Counted from the first letter of the stretch, positions 19,362-30,728 are shown. The stretch is 64,000 nucleotides of DNA from Gammaproteobacteria bacterium (GCA_016218365.1 JACREF010000019.1:4543-68542); one strand, 5' to 3'. Numbers and translations are program-made. Notes: a model not told the origin generated them from the sequence alone.

Positions 19362-19619
19362 ATGAAGAAGATTTTAGGTGCTTCGCTTGCCCTGGCCCTG
19401 GCTGCTGTTTCATTTCAGGCTGAAGCGGTCAACATCCGCACATCCACCAGCGCCAACATCTCCATCCCTACTGGTGCGCGGGTAACCGCAGCTGTGCCTG
19501 CTCCTACGACGCCTGTAGTCACTGTCAACACGCCGACTAACGCTGTTGTCATCACCAATACCGGCTGGGTCGGTTATTCGCGCGTGCGCTCATACAGCGT
19601 CAACAGATACGTTCGGTAA
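19362..19619 (+). CDS. Small secreted protein of unknown function (85 aa; 22-aa Sec signal, T/V/N/P-rich mature part, basic C-terminus)
   Basis: AAGGAG lies 6 nt upstream of the ATG. Signal peptide is 'MKKILGASLALALAAVSFQAEA'. A strong terminator lies downstream. Confidence 0.7.
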   Translation: MKKILGASLALALAAVSFQAEAVNIRTSTSANISIPTGARVTAAVPAPTTPVVTVNTPTNAVVITNTGWVGYSRVRSYSVNRYVR

Positions 19620-19665
19620 TGGGTCAACGCATGATCGACTGTTCATGATCATGCATGAGGCTGGT

Positions 19666-19702
19666 GCAGAAAAGCAGGCATGATGCCTGCTTTTCTGCTT
19701 TA
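19666..19702 (+). terminator. Rho-independent terminator
   Basis: GCAGAAAAGCAGGCAT-GATGCCTGCTTTTCTGC followed by TTTAT. Confidence 0.8.
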
Positions 19703-19802
19703 TGGGCCACGACTCGATGACCCTGGAGTCGTGTATATTGTTCAGACAAGACCGCATTGCTCCTGTCCTCGGCAGATTTGCGGGTAAAAAGTAGCTGATG
19801 CC

Positions 19803-21146
19803 ATGTACCGAAGATTCCTTAATAATCTGATCGTGATTGCCATTGCAACACTCCCGCTGCCGCTGCTGGCGGCCCAGGACAAGAAACCCGCATCCTTACT
19901 GCAGATTTACAACAGTGCACTGGCTAATGACCCGACGCTGTCAGCAGCCCATGCCTCCTATCAGGCACAACACGAAAAGACCAGCCAGGGTCGTGCCAAA
20001 CTATTACCCGTCATCAAGTTCAACGCCCACGGTGAGCAGGTCAGCCAGAATATTGATAATAGCCTGACACCGCCCGCCATCACTGGTTATGAGTTCTCCC
20101 GCTCCGGCTACCTGCTATCGGCGGTACAACCACTGTATCGCCGGCAGAACTTCGCCTACTATCAACATACAAAGATCGAAAGCCAGGCCGCTGATGATCA
20201 GTTCGGCTTTGCCCAGCTCGACCTGATGTCGCGTGTCATCAATGCTTATTTTGACGTATTGATCGCGCAATCGACACTGACCTCCGTCCAGGCCCAGCAG
20301 ACCGCCCTCACCGACCTGCTGTCCCAGGTCAAGGCGGCCTTTAACGCCGGTCAGGCCATGGCGGTCGATGTCAATGAAGTACAGGCCAGTTATGCCATGA
20401 CGCGGATCTCCGTGATCTCTGCCACCAACGACCTGGCGGCAAAGAAGCAGGTGTTGACGACGATCACCGGCAGCACCCCATCCCAGTTGGCCGGTATCGA
20501 ACTCGACCAGGAGGTCCCTCCGCTCCAACCTAACAACCTGGCCTATTGGGAAAAGGCGGCACTGGAAAACGCCCCGGCAATACGGCTTTCGCAAAAAGGG
20601 CTGCTGATGGCCCAGAATGAAATCCAGCAATACAAGGCAGGCCACTACCCGACGCTCGACCTGGCCCTGCAGTATGGCACTGACACAATTGATGCCAGCA
20701 ACTTCAACTCGACCACCGACGAGGCATCGCTCGGTCTGCAGCTTGAAATCCCGTTGTTCAGCGGCGGGGAGACCAGCTCCCTGGTGCGCGAATCCGTCGC
20801 CAACGGAAAGATGGCCGAATACAAGCTGCATGAGATCATCAACCAACAGCTTTATCAGGTCAATCAGGCATTCATCGCCGTCAACAACGATGACCTGATG
20901 ATTCAAAATGCCAAGCTTGCCTATCAAGCCAATCAAAGCCGACTGACATCAACCCGCCAGGGCGTAAGCGCCGGAATCCGTAATAGTGCCGACGTGCTGA
21001 ATGCCCAGCTCGAGCTCACCGAAAGCCAGCGCATCATGGTCACCGCAAAATGCAGCTATCTGGCCAACTTGCTGCGCCTGAAGGCTGCCACTGGTATGCT
21101 GGCCTTGGCCGACCTTGAAAAGATAGACCGCCTGCTGACCAAATAA
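19803..21146 (+). CDS. tolC: TolC-family outer-membrane efflux/type I secretion channel
   Basis: Signal peptide followed by 'LLQIYNSALANDPTLSAAHASYQA'. Two OEP repeats. 447 aa. Confidence 0.88.
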   Translation: MYRRFLNNLIVIAIATLPLPLLAAQDKKPASLLQIYNSALANDPTLSAAHASYQAQHEKTSQGRAKLLPVIKFNAHGEQVSQNIDNSLTPPAITGYEFSRSGYLLSAVQPLYRRQNFAYYQHTKIESQAADDQFGFAQLDLMSRVINAYFDVLIAQSTLTSVQAQQTALTDLLSQVKAAFNAGQAMAVDVNEVQASYAMTRISVISATNDLAAKKQVLTTITGSTPSQLAGIELDQEVPPLQPNNLAYWEKAALENAPAIRLSQKGLLMAQNEIQQYKAGHYPTLDLALQYGTDTIDASNFNSTTDEASLGLQLEIPLFSGGETSSLVRESVANGKMAEYKLHEIINQQLYQVNQAFIAVNNDDLMIQNAKLAYQANQSRLTSTRQGVSAGIRNSADVLNAQLELTESQRIMVTAKCSYLANLLRLKAATGMLALADLEKIDRLLTK

Positions 21147-21380
21147 CAGCTCAACACCTGCATGGACACAACACCGTATTCACACAGCTGAATGCCAGCA
21201 ATATTGACGCCAGATTTCAAGCTGTACTGCTGCGCCTGACAACACTCACAGACACGCAATCAGCCGCTTGGTATCCCATGGCAACCTTCATCACGCAATA
21301 AGCCGGCTTTAATCAATACCAATAAAACTTGTTGTATTTTTGAGCCAGGTCCATCTCAGCTGTTATCGGAGCCAGGCAGC

Positions 21381-21689
21381 ATGCCCACATCTTATCAACC
21401 TGGGAAACTCGGCCCTGTCACAGCGAGATCCGCCGTCGAATACCGCCCCGCACCCCTGCATCCACAGCAACTGCTGACGAATCTGCCAATCAGCTCCAGG
21501 GTACTGCGCAGCCTCGCGGCTGCACTGCTGCTCGGCCTGCTTGCACAAAAGGGCAGCCAACTGCATCTGCCCCATTTCCTGCATTTCATAATACTTGTGA
21601 TCGGCTTCTATGCCGGCATTACTGCCCTGACCGGCTGGGAGCCGTTCCATGCCCTGAATAAGGATGCAACAACGGGCAAACCCTATTAA
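21381..21689 (+). CDS. YgaP-like transmembrane domain (DUF2892)-like small membrane protein
   Basis: Two TM segments ending in 'ALTGWEPFHAL', which resembles the DUF2892 'GWCPxY' end motif. Confidence 0.45.
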   Translation: MPTSYQPGKLGPVTARSAVEYRPAPLHPQQLLTNLPISSRVLRSLAAALLLGLLAQKGSQLHLPHFLHFIILVIGFYAGITALTGWEPFHALNKDATTGKPY

Positions 21690-21788
21690 TCTGCATCAGC
21701 CTGCTAGCCCTTGCAGCAAATAGTACTTCAGGTTATAACGGTAACAGTCAATTCCGTCACCCTATCAACATGTTGGGAACAGGCGCGC

Positions 21789-22451
21789 ATGAGAGTACTT
21801 GTCGTTGAAGATGATCCAGTGCTTGGACAGGGCCTGCAATCGGTGCTGAAACAGGATGGGTATGCTGTAGATTGGGTCAAGGACGGGGAATCCGCCATAC
21901 TGTTCATGGATTCAAGCGAATATACGCTGGTCATCCTGGATCTGGGCCTGCCAAAACTGAATGGCCTGGAGGTATTACGGCACTTCCGCACAGCGGGCAA
22001 GGAAACACCGGTGCTGATCCTGACTGCCCGGGACGCCGTTGCAGACAAGATCGCCGGGCTTGACGCCGGCGCCGATGACTACATGACCAAACCCTTTGAT
22101 GTTGACGAACTGGCCGCCCGCGCCCGCGCCCTGAGTCGCCGTCAAACAGGGCGCAGTACCCCGGTGATTACCCATGGCGATCTGCAGCTGGATCCAGCTG
22201 CCCATACCGTCACCCAGGGCGGGGTTGTCATTGAATTCTCCGGCCGTGAATTCTCATTGCTTCAGGCGCTGCTCGAGAACCGTGGCAAGGTCATGTCCAA
22301 GGACAAGCTGACGGAAAGCCTGTATTCATGGAAGGACGAGATCGAGAGCAACGCCATTGAAGTCCATATTCACCATCTGCGCAAAAAACTGGGCAACAAC
22401 CTGATACGCACTATCAGGGGAGTGGGATACGTCATCGACAAACCGGAATGA
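21789..22451 (+). CDS. OmpR/PhoB-family response regulator (QseB/PmrA-like)
   Basis: 'MRVLVVEDD' and 'LVILDLGLP' receiver domain plus a winged-helix C-domain ('IRTIRGVGYV'). The start is the internal ATG at 21789. Confidence 0.9.
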   Translation: MRVLVVEDDPVLGQGLQSVLKQDGYAVDWVKDGESAILFMDSSEYTLVILDLGLPKLNGLEVLRHFRTAGKETPVLILTARDAVADKIAGLDAGADDYMTKPFDVDELAARARALSRRQTGRSTPVITHGDLQLDPAAHTVTQGGVVIEFSGREFSLLQALLENRGKVMSKDKLTESLYSWKDEIESNAIEVHIHHLRKKLGNNLIRTIRGVGYVIDKPE

Positions 22452-23830
22452 AATCGTCCTCGCTACAAAAGAAACTGCTGGTTACACTGCTACCGCTCAT
22501 CCTGCTTGGTTTGCTGCTCGCGTCATTGATCATGTACACCTCCGTGCGCACCAAGGTTGAGGAGTTGACCGATGCGCAACTGACCCATACAGCCCAGGTG
22601 CTCTCCAACCTGGTCAATCATGAATTCATCGAACATGGCTATGTCGACCGCTCGCTGGTCGCCCTTGATGACATCGAGTACATCTACCATTCATTCAATG
22701 CCTCGATCAATGAGAGCATGATCTTCCAGGTCAGATCCCTGGAAGGTGTGTTGTTGCTGCGCACCGCGGGGTCACCCGAATACCCTCTGTCCCCATCCAG
22801 CAGCTCCGGTTTCAGCAACGCCATGATCAAGGGCAAGACCTGGAAGATATACACGATCCCATCACAGAAGAATGGCTACACCGTTCAGGTCGGGATGAAA
22901 TATGCATTCCTTGACCAGATCCAAGCCAGTATTGCCTTGCAGGCCCTGATCCCGATCCTTGCCATCATGCCGATCCTGGCCATGGCCATCGTCTACGGCG
23001 TCAGGTCCTCAACAATACCGCTGTTTCACCTCTCGCAGGACATCCGGCAACGCGCGCCACATGACCTGTCCAGGATCTCGACCATCGACCTGCCTGACGA
23101 GATCATCCCGTTGATCTCGGGCTTTAACACGCTGCTGGACCGTGTCCAGGAGGCCATAGAACATGAGCGCCGCTTTACCGATGATGCAGCGCACGAATTG
23201 CGGACGCCGCTGGCCGGGATCAAACTGCAGGCACAGCTGATACTAAAACAACAGGATGATGCTGCACGCAACGAGGCCCTGACCTATCTGATCCAGGCTG
23301 TGGACCGGACCACGCATCTGGTCCATCAACTGCTGGTGCTGGCGCGACTGGGGCCGGAACAGGCCAGCACGGATACCACACCGGCCAGTCTGCGCGATAT
23401 CGCCGTCACTGCGTTGGCTGATCACTACAATCTGGCCAACAAAAAACACATCACGCTAAAACTCGAGGATGGCGGGCCAGGCATCATTCGCGCTAACCCT
23501 CATTCGCTTACCATCCTCCTTAACAACATCCTGGGTAATGCCCTGCAATACACGCCCAACAATGGCGAGATTGATGTCGAGATCACTGAGTCCCAGCAGG
23601 CGGTTATCTTGTCTGTCTCCGACAGCGGTCCAGGCATCCCCGAACATGAACGGGAGAATGTGATGCGGCGTTTCTATCGCATCCCTGGAAACGAAGGCTC
23701 CGGCTGCGGCCTGGGATTATCTATTGTTGGCAGGATTGTTGATCTTTACCATGGCCAGATTGCCCTGGAACGGTCCAGCCAGGGCGGACTCAAGGTCAAT
23801 ATCACGCTGCCACGTAACCAGACCCCATAA
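22448..23830 (+). CDS. Sensor histidine kinase (QseC/PmrB-like), two TM segments
   Basis: H-box 'AAHELRTPLAGI', N/G boxes 'NALQYTP' and 'DSGPGIP...GCGLGLSIV'. ATGA overlap with the regulator gene. Confidence 0.9.
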   Translation: MKSSSLQKKLLVTLLPLILLGLLLASLIMYTSVRTKVEELTDAQLTHTAQVLSNLVNHEFIEHGYVDRSLVALDDIEYIYHSFNASINESMIFQVRSLEGVLLLRTAGSPEYPLSPSSSSGFSNAMIKGKTWKIYTIPSQKNGYTVQVGMKYAFLDQIQASIALQALIPILAIMPILAMAIVYGVRSSTIPLFHLSQDIRQRAPHDLSRISTIDLPDEIIPLISGFNTLLDRVQEAIEHERRFTDDAAHELRTPLAGIKLQAQLILKQQDDAARNEALTYLIQAVDRTTHLVHQLLVLARLGPEQASTDTTPASLRDIAVTALADHYNLANKKHITLKLEDGGPGIIRANPHSLTILLNNILGNALQYTPNNGEIDVEITESQQAVILSVSDSGPGIPEHERENVMRRFYRIPGNEGSGCGLGLSIVGRIVDLYHGQIALERSSQGGLKVNITLPRNQTP

Positions 23831-23859
23831 CGGTTCTGGCAATAATCAGCGAAAGATCG

Positions 23860-25704
23860 TTATAACCCGGCGCGATAACTGCCAACGATCCGTTGCAGCT
23901 TTCTCAGATGGTCCAACAAGGAGGGGACGGCCCCCGCCCTGCTGGCAAAATAATCCGGATTCAGGATCTGCTGGTCGATGAAATCACGGAATATCTGATA
24001 CCAGCCATCATCTTTCATCTTCTTTCTCTGGCGTATTAAATTGGTGCTGACATGCAACACCGCATCACCGGTGATGCGGTCATAGCGGTTGATCAACACA
24101 GAGCGCTGACGTATCTCCGCCAGCATGTCGCCCACCGTCCGCCCGGCGATCTCCGCACCACGCATCACCAGTAATTGATAATGCTGCTGAAAGCGTCTGA
24201 TCCGAATCTTACGTGCCGGATACAACCTCAGATCACGCCTGCTGGCATAGGCCGAAGCCATCACATCGACAAAACGCTGGGCCGGCATCGGCATGCCATG
24301 CTTCAGCAGGTACCCCGGCAATTCCCTGAGCATATCGCGCAGACAAAACACCACATCCCGGGTGATCCCGTCCTCCACCTTGTGTGGGCTGCGATATGAG
24401 GTCACGCGCTCAAAGTGATGGAAATCACGGCGGAACGCCCGCACCAGCCCCTGCCCCTGACGATCATTCAGCAGCCTCCGGATCATGGTCTCGTTAAAGC
24501 CGATCTTGGCCAGAACGAAGCGGTCCTTACTGTCCTCGATGATCCGGTCAAAGCGCCGCAACACGGCATGATTGCGCAACGAGGACAGGTTTTTTCTGTG
24601 CCCGGACTCGATAAAATCGATGATCTGGACAAATGTCTGGACGATATAGCGCGCCTTGCCGCGCTGCTCGGCTATCGTGGTCGAATAACGATCGACATCC
24701 TCATAACGGTATTCATGATGAAACAGGCCAAACTGACGCAAGGAACCATAATCAATAATTCCGCCATCGGTGAGGATGTTGTCACCGTCCCAGTCCATCC
24801 AGCAGAAGATGTACTCGGCCTCGAAACGCGCCGCCATGACCGCAAAGTCTTCGGTGATACGTTCCAGAAAATACTGATAGCGGCTGCGGCCCGTGGTATG
24901 TTCTGGCCAGTCACCATTTTTGATCTGACGCTCGATATAATAGTCCACCAGCCTCTTCAACTCTGGCAGGTTACCCTGCTTCATGTAGCGAAAAAAATGT
25001 GCAGGGCGCAACAGGTTGCGGTAGGCGCGGACATTGACCGAGCTGCCGTCACGGTAGGAAATCACCGCCAGCGTCCTCTCGGTCGGGATATCATTGCCAT
25101 GGAGGATCTCGCTCATCAATGCCGCGGCGACACCATCCAGCATATCGGATCGCCCGGAACCGTAGCTGGCCTGCTTGTCACCGGTCTTGAAATATCTGCC
25201 TTCATTGGCCGTGGCAGGACTGAGACAGGTCACACCGGTGCCGCAGCTTGAGATATCCCAGGTCCCCTTGCGAGTGTTCACACAACCATTCCAGATACTG
25301 CGGCCGTCGCCTGAGGTCGCCCCCTTCTTGTCCGGATGCTGCAGCTGCAGATAACGGGTCGCCATATAGGGATGGGGAAGGACGTCAGATGCTTCGGGGT
25401 TCACGCCATGTGCCAGATCATATTCATTGATGATCTGCAAACCAAAGCGCCTGATCAGCAGCCTGCGCAATTCAGCAGTCAGTCGATCGGGGTGCTCCTG
25501 CGGGATCAGCCCCATGTCGCGGGCCAGATTAAAGTTGAAAAAGAAGACCTCTCCACCCTGCCGCACCCGTGCACGGTAATCGACATAGCTGTCGGCAACC
25601 GCATTCCGCAATGGATGGCGGCCGTCGATCTGATCAAACAGCCGGTATACGCCCGGCGGCTGGCCGGAGGTGATCGGGCGGTTCAGCTTGTTTCCCATGA
25701 GCAC
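23860..25704 (-). CDS. Divergent SelO/YdiU (UPF0061)-like pseudokinase-fold protein
   Basis: 'SGDGRSIWNG' matches SelO 'LGDGRaiLlG'. 'WMDWDGDNILTDGGIIDYGSLRQFG' matches SelO '[23 protein letters not shown]'. 614 aa. Confidence 0.6.
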   Translation of the reverse strand: MLMGNKLNRPITSGQPPGVYRLFDQIDGRHPLRNAVADSYVDYRARVRQGGEVFFFNFNLARDMGLIPQEHPDRLTAELRRLLIRRFGLQIINEYDLAHGVNPEASDVLPHPYMATRYLQLQHPDKKGATSGDGRSIWNGCVNTRKGTWDISSCGTGVTCLSPATANEGRYFKTGDKQASYGSGRSDMLDGVAAALMSEILHGNDIPTERTLAVISYRDGSSVNVRAYRNLLRPAHFFRYMKQGNLPELKRLVDYYIERQIKNGDWPEHTTGRSRYQYFLERITEDFAVMAARFEAEYIFCWMDWDGDNILTDGGIIDYGSLRQFGLFHHEYRYEDVDRYSTTIAEQRGKARYIVQTFVQIIDFIESGHRKNLSSLRNHAVLRRFDRIIEDSKDRFVLAKIGFNETMIRRLLNDRQGQGLVRAFRRDFHHFERVTSYRSPHKVEDGITRDVVFCLRDMLRELPGYLLKHGMPMPAQRFVDVMASAYASRRDLRLYPARKIRIRRFQQHYQLLVMRGAEIAGRTVGDMLAEIRQRSVLINRYDRITGDAVLHVSTNLIRQRKKMKDDGWYQIFRDFIDQQILNPDYFASRAGAVPSLLDHLRKLQRIVGSYRAGL

Positions 25705-25844
25705 ATTGTCGTCGCGCCATGAACAAACTTTAATCAGCGATGAAAAAATCCCCTGCCTGCACCGTCACTTGAAGGCAGCAATGCGGCCGTTCGCTGCCTC
25801 GATGCGATATCAATACCCGACTGGGCAATCGAAACAGGCTGACC

Positions 25845-27146
<1,302 letters not shown>

Positions 27147-27190
27147 TTATCTTACAAACATTAATAATTCAAGCTCATCAGCTGCCGTCC

Positions 27191-28393
27191 TTACAGTGCA
27201 ACGATGGTCCATACCCCGTCCTGCTTGACGATGCGCCGGTCACACCCCAGCTCCCGCATCTGCCCCGCCTGACCGGGAAGTTCATTGATGACCCGGGTAC
27301 CGCTGCGGCGCAATTCACGGATGAAACGTTGCAGCGCCTCACACTCCGACCACGGCGCCACGACACCTGGCGAGGCAGTGGAAGCTCCGCTGTCCGAAGA
27401 CAACATCATCAACGTTTTCAGATCGGCGCTGAATCCGGTCGCCGGCCGCGGCCGCCCAAACAGGCGTCCGATCTCGTCATAACGCCCGCCACGGGCGATC
27501 TCCTGACCATGCCCCGGTGCAAAGGCGGCAAACACCACCCCGGACTGGTAGCGATAGCCACGCAGCTCGGCCAGATCATAATGCAACGGTGCCGGTGACA
27601 ACTTGAAGTGCGCACTATAGTGCAGACGATGCAGATGTTCCAGCGCTTGCTGTACCGGGGCCCCGGCCTGTTTCAGCGCCACCTTGGCCTCGTCCAGCAC
27701 CTCGGCCCCGCCATTTAATTCGACCAGTGCCACCAGCATGTGGCGGTATTTTGTCGCAACGGTTGTCGTCGCCAGGTACTCCTCGATCTCCGGCCGGGAC
27801 TTACGCTGCAAGGCGGTGAACAGCATCCCCTCCTGATCCGGGCTCAGCCCGGCCTCGCGGGCCAGTTCCCGGAAGATCCCGACATGGCCGAGATCGAGCT
27901 GGAAGTTCTGTACCCCGGTCAGCCGCAAGGTCTCAACCATCAGCTTCAGGATCTCGATGTCACTTTCCAGGCCGGCATGACCATACAGTTCGACACCAAG
28001 CTGCAACGGGGTCCGCGACCGGGCAAAGCTGTCCTGGCGGGTATGAAGCACCGTGTCCAGATAACACAAACGGGTCGGGGCCTCACGGCGGATGCGGTGG
28101 GCGTCGATGCGCGCCACCTGGGGTGTCATGTCGGCACGGATGCCGAGCAGACGCCCTGATACCTGGTCAATCAGCTTGAAGGTTTCGAGATCCAGATCGG
28201 TGCCGGCACCCACCAGCAAGGCCTCGATATACTCGACCAGCGGCGGGATGACCAGCTCATACCCCCACAGGTGAAACAGATCAAGCAGGTCCCGGCGCAA
28301 GGTCTCGATGCGCTCAGCCTGCTCGGGCAGGAATTCGTCTATCCCTTCCGGCAGTAGCCAGCGGGTCTGGGAATCAAACGGGGAGGCCGTCAC
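27191..28393 (-). CDS. hisZ: ATP phosphoribosyltransferase regulatory subunit HisZ
   Basis: HisRS-like class II fold without an anticodon domain. Conserved hflC-DUF2065-hisZ-purA context. Confidence 0.88.
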   Translation of the reverse strand: MTASPFDSQTRWLLPEGIDEFLPEQAERIETLRRDLLDLFHLWGYELVIPPLVEYIEALLVGAGTDLDLETFKLIDQVSGRLLGIRADMTPQVARIDAHRIRREAPTRLCYLDTVLHTRQDSFARSRTPLQLGVELYGHAGLESDIEILKLMVETLRLTGVQNFQLDLGHVGIFRELAREAGLSPDQEGMLFTALQRKSRPEIEEYLATTTVATKYRHMLVALVELNGGAEVLDEAKVALKQAGAPVQQALEHLHRLHYSAHFKLSPAPLHYDLAELRGYRYQSGVVFAAFAPGHGQEIARGGRYDEIGRLFGRPRPATGFSADLKTLMMLSSDSGASTASPGVVAPWSECEALQRFIRELRRSGTRVINELPGQAGQMRELGCDRRIVKQDGVWTIVAL

Positions 28394-28432
28394 GGGATCA
28401 CTAAGCTCTCTAGTTCAGCGGTTCGCCAGTCA

Positions 28433-28621
28433 TCAATGCACAAGGTACAGCAACACCACTCCTGACAACATACACACCAGTCCGGAGAAGCGCAGCGCCC
28501 TGTCATCCATCTGTGCTACCTGGAGCAGGGTCCGGCGCATCATCGCAGGACTGACAAACGGCAGCAGCCCCTCGACCACCAGCAGCAGCGCCACGGCCGT
28601 CCACAGGTCCTGCCACATCAC
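28433..28621 (-). CDS. DUF2065 (YjeT) small membrane protein
   Basis: 'LLLVVEGLLPFVSPAMMRR'. 62 aa. Canonical position after hflC. Confidence 0.8.
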   Translation of the reverse strand: MMWQDLWTAVALLLVVEGLLPFVSPAMMRRTLLQVAQMDDRALRFSGLVCMLSGVVLLYLVH

Positions 28622-28639
28622 CCTTTTCCGCAGCTGGAA

Positions 28640-29515
28640 TTACTTGCCGCCCTTGGAATCCTTGAAATACTTGAAGTAATCCGCGTCAGGTTCGAGGACC
28701 ATTATATCATCTTTACCCTTGAACGAAGCGGCATAGGTATTGATGCTGCGATAAAACGAGTAAAACTCGGGATCCAGGTTATAGGCACTTGAATAGATCT
28801 GCGATGCCCGGGCATCACCGGCCCCGCGGATGTGCTCGGCCTGGCGGTAGGCCTCGGCCAGGATCACCGTCCGCTGCCGTTCGGCATCGGCGCGGATGCG
28901 CTCGGCCGCCTCGGCGCCGCGCGAGCGCAGTTCCTTGGCCACTCGGGCCCGTTCAGCATCCATACGGCTGTAGACCGAGGTACTGACGTCCTCGGACAGG
29001 TCAATACGCATGATCCTGACCTCGATGACCTCAATACCGAAGGCCGCCGCCTGCTGATTGGCGGTTACCCCGAGCACATTCATGATCTGGGCACGATCCC
29101 CCGATACCACCTCCTGGATGGTACGTCGGCCGAACTCACCCCGCAGCCCATCCTTGATGACCTGGGCCATACGGGAATTGGCATGACTCACATCCCCGCC
29201 CACGGCCTTGTAGAAATCCGCCACGTTATTGATGCGCCATTTGACGAACGAATCAACGATGACGTTTTTCTTTTCCGCCGTCAGATAACGCTCGGGCTCG
29301 GCATCCAGGGTCTGGATCCGGGCATCGAATTTGCGGACATTGTTGACCAGTGGCACCATGAAATGCAGCCCGGGCTCATAATCGGTCTTGACGATCTCAC
29401 CGAACTTGAACAGGATGACCTTCTCCCATTCCTTGACGGTGAAGATCGATGCCGCACCCAGTACCGCCAGCACCAGCACTGTCAGCAGGCTCATGATGAT
29501 CTTTTGCTGATTCAT
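28640..29515 (-). CDS. hflC: Protease modulator HflC (SPFH/band-7)
   Basis: The start 'MNQQKIIMSLL' lies 1 nt after the hflK stop. Band-7 domain. The upstream extension in the ORF track was rejected. Confidence 0.92.
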   Translation of the reverse strand: MNQQKIIMSLLTVLVLAVLGAASIFTVKEWEKVILFKFGEIVKTDYEPGLHFMVPLVNNVRKFDARIQTLDAEPERYLTAEKKNVIVDSFVKWRINNVADFYKAVGGDVSHANSRMAQVIKDGLRGEFGRRTIQEVVSGDRAQIMNVLGVTANQQAAAFGIEVIEVRIMRIDLSEDVSTSVYSRMDAERARVAKELRSRGAEAAERIRADAERQRTVILAEAYRQAEHIRGAGDARASQIYSSAYNLDPEFYSFYRSINTYAASFKGKDDIMVLEPDADYFKYFKDSKGGK

Positions 29516-29516
29516 G

Positions 29517-30728
29517 TCAACGCACCTCCCGCTGTCTGACACTGCTGCGGGTCGATGCCTGCGGCGCGGACTCCGGCGCAAGCTGCGGCGCCTGCTGCAA
29601 TGACGGGGTCGTGGTTACACTGGAGTCCGGGGCACTGACCGCCCCCTCGCGTTGATTCAACCTGTCCAGCGGCAGGTACAACATGTTATTACCCTTCTTG
29701 ATATCCACCATCACCTTGCTGCTGTTGTTCATCACCCGCTCCATCGCGTCCAGATACAAGCGCTCCCGCGTCACCTTAGGGGCCTTCTTGTATTCAGCAA
29801 GAATGCTGCGGAACCGACCGGCCTCACCTTCGGCCTGGGCGATGACCTTTTCCTTGTAGGCATTGGATTCCTCAATCATCCGCGCCGCCTGACCACGCGC
29901 CCTCGGAATGATGTCATTGGAGTAGGCCTCAGCCTCGTTCTTCAGACGCACCTCGTCTTCTCGCGCCTTGACCGCATCACTGAACGAGCCCTGCACCTGT
30001 TCCGGCGGCTGGGCGTCCTGCATGTTGACACTGGTCACCTCGAGCCCGGCGCGATAATGATCCAGCGTCTGCTGGATCATGGTTTCAATCGTCATGACGA
30101 TCTGGCTGCGACCCTCCGTCAGCACAAAGTCCATCGTGCTCTTGCCGATGGCCTCGCGCACCGCGCTCTCGGTCACCTGGCGCAGGGTGTCATCGGGGTC
30201 CTTGACGTTAAACAGATAATCCTTGGCGTCCTTGATCTTGTACTGGACGGCGAAATTGATGTCGATGATGTTTTCATCCTGGGTCAGCATCAGCGCCTCT
30301 CGCGGGATCGAGGCCCCGCCCTGACCACCTTCAGTGGAGCGGTAACCGATCTCGACATTGCGGATCTGCTCAATGTTGACCACCTCCACTTGCTCGATCG
30401 GAAACGGTATATGCCAGTGCAGGCCGGAACCGACGGTGTCAACATATTTGCCAAAGCCGAGCACCACACCGCGACTGCCTTCATTAACCGTGTAAAAGCC
30501 CGACAACCCCCAGACCGCAAGCACCACCAGTATGACGGCACTGATCCCAAACGATCCCCCTTTACCCTTGGGGGCGTCCCGTCCACTGCCAGCCCGGCCC
30601 CCGCCAAAGAAGCGCGCCAGCTTTTCCTGGAATTTACGCAATGACTCGTCCAGGTCCGGTGGACCAGACTTGCTGCCACCACTCCATGGGTCATTGTCTT
30701 TCGAACCACCCGGTTCATTCCAAGCCAT
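29517..30728 (-). CDS. hflK: Protease modulator HflK (SPFH/band-7)
   Basis: 'MAWNEPGGSKDNDPWSGG' N-terminus, TM segment and band-7 domain. Confidence 0.93.
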   Translation of the reverse strand: MAWNEPGGSKDNDPWSGGSKSGPPDLDESLRKFQEKLARFFGGGRAGSGRDAPKGKGGSFGISAVILVVLAVWGLSGFYTVNEGSRGVVLGFGKYVDTVGSGLHWHIPFPIEQVEVVNIEQIRNVEIGYRSTEGGQGGASIPREALMLTQDENIIDINFAVQYKIKDAKDYLFNVKDPDDTLRQVTESAVREAIGKSTMDFVLTEGRSQIVMTIETMIQQTLDHYRAGLEVTSVNMQDAQPPEQVQGSFSDAVKAREDEVRLKNEAEAYSNDIIPRARGQAARMIEESNAYKEKVIAQAEGEAGRFRSILAEYKKAPKVTRERLYLDAMERVMNNSSKVMVDIKKGNNMLYLPLDRLNQREGAVSAPDSSVTTTPSLQQAPQLAPESAPQASTRSSVRQREVR

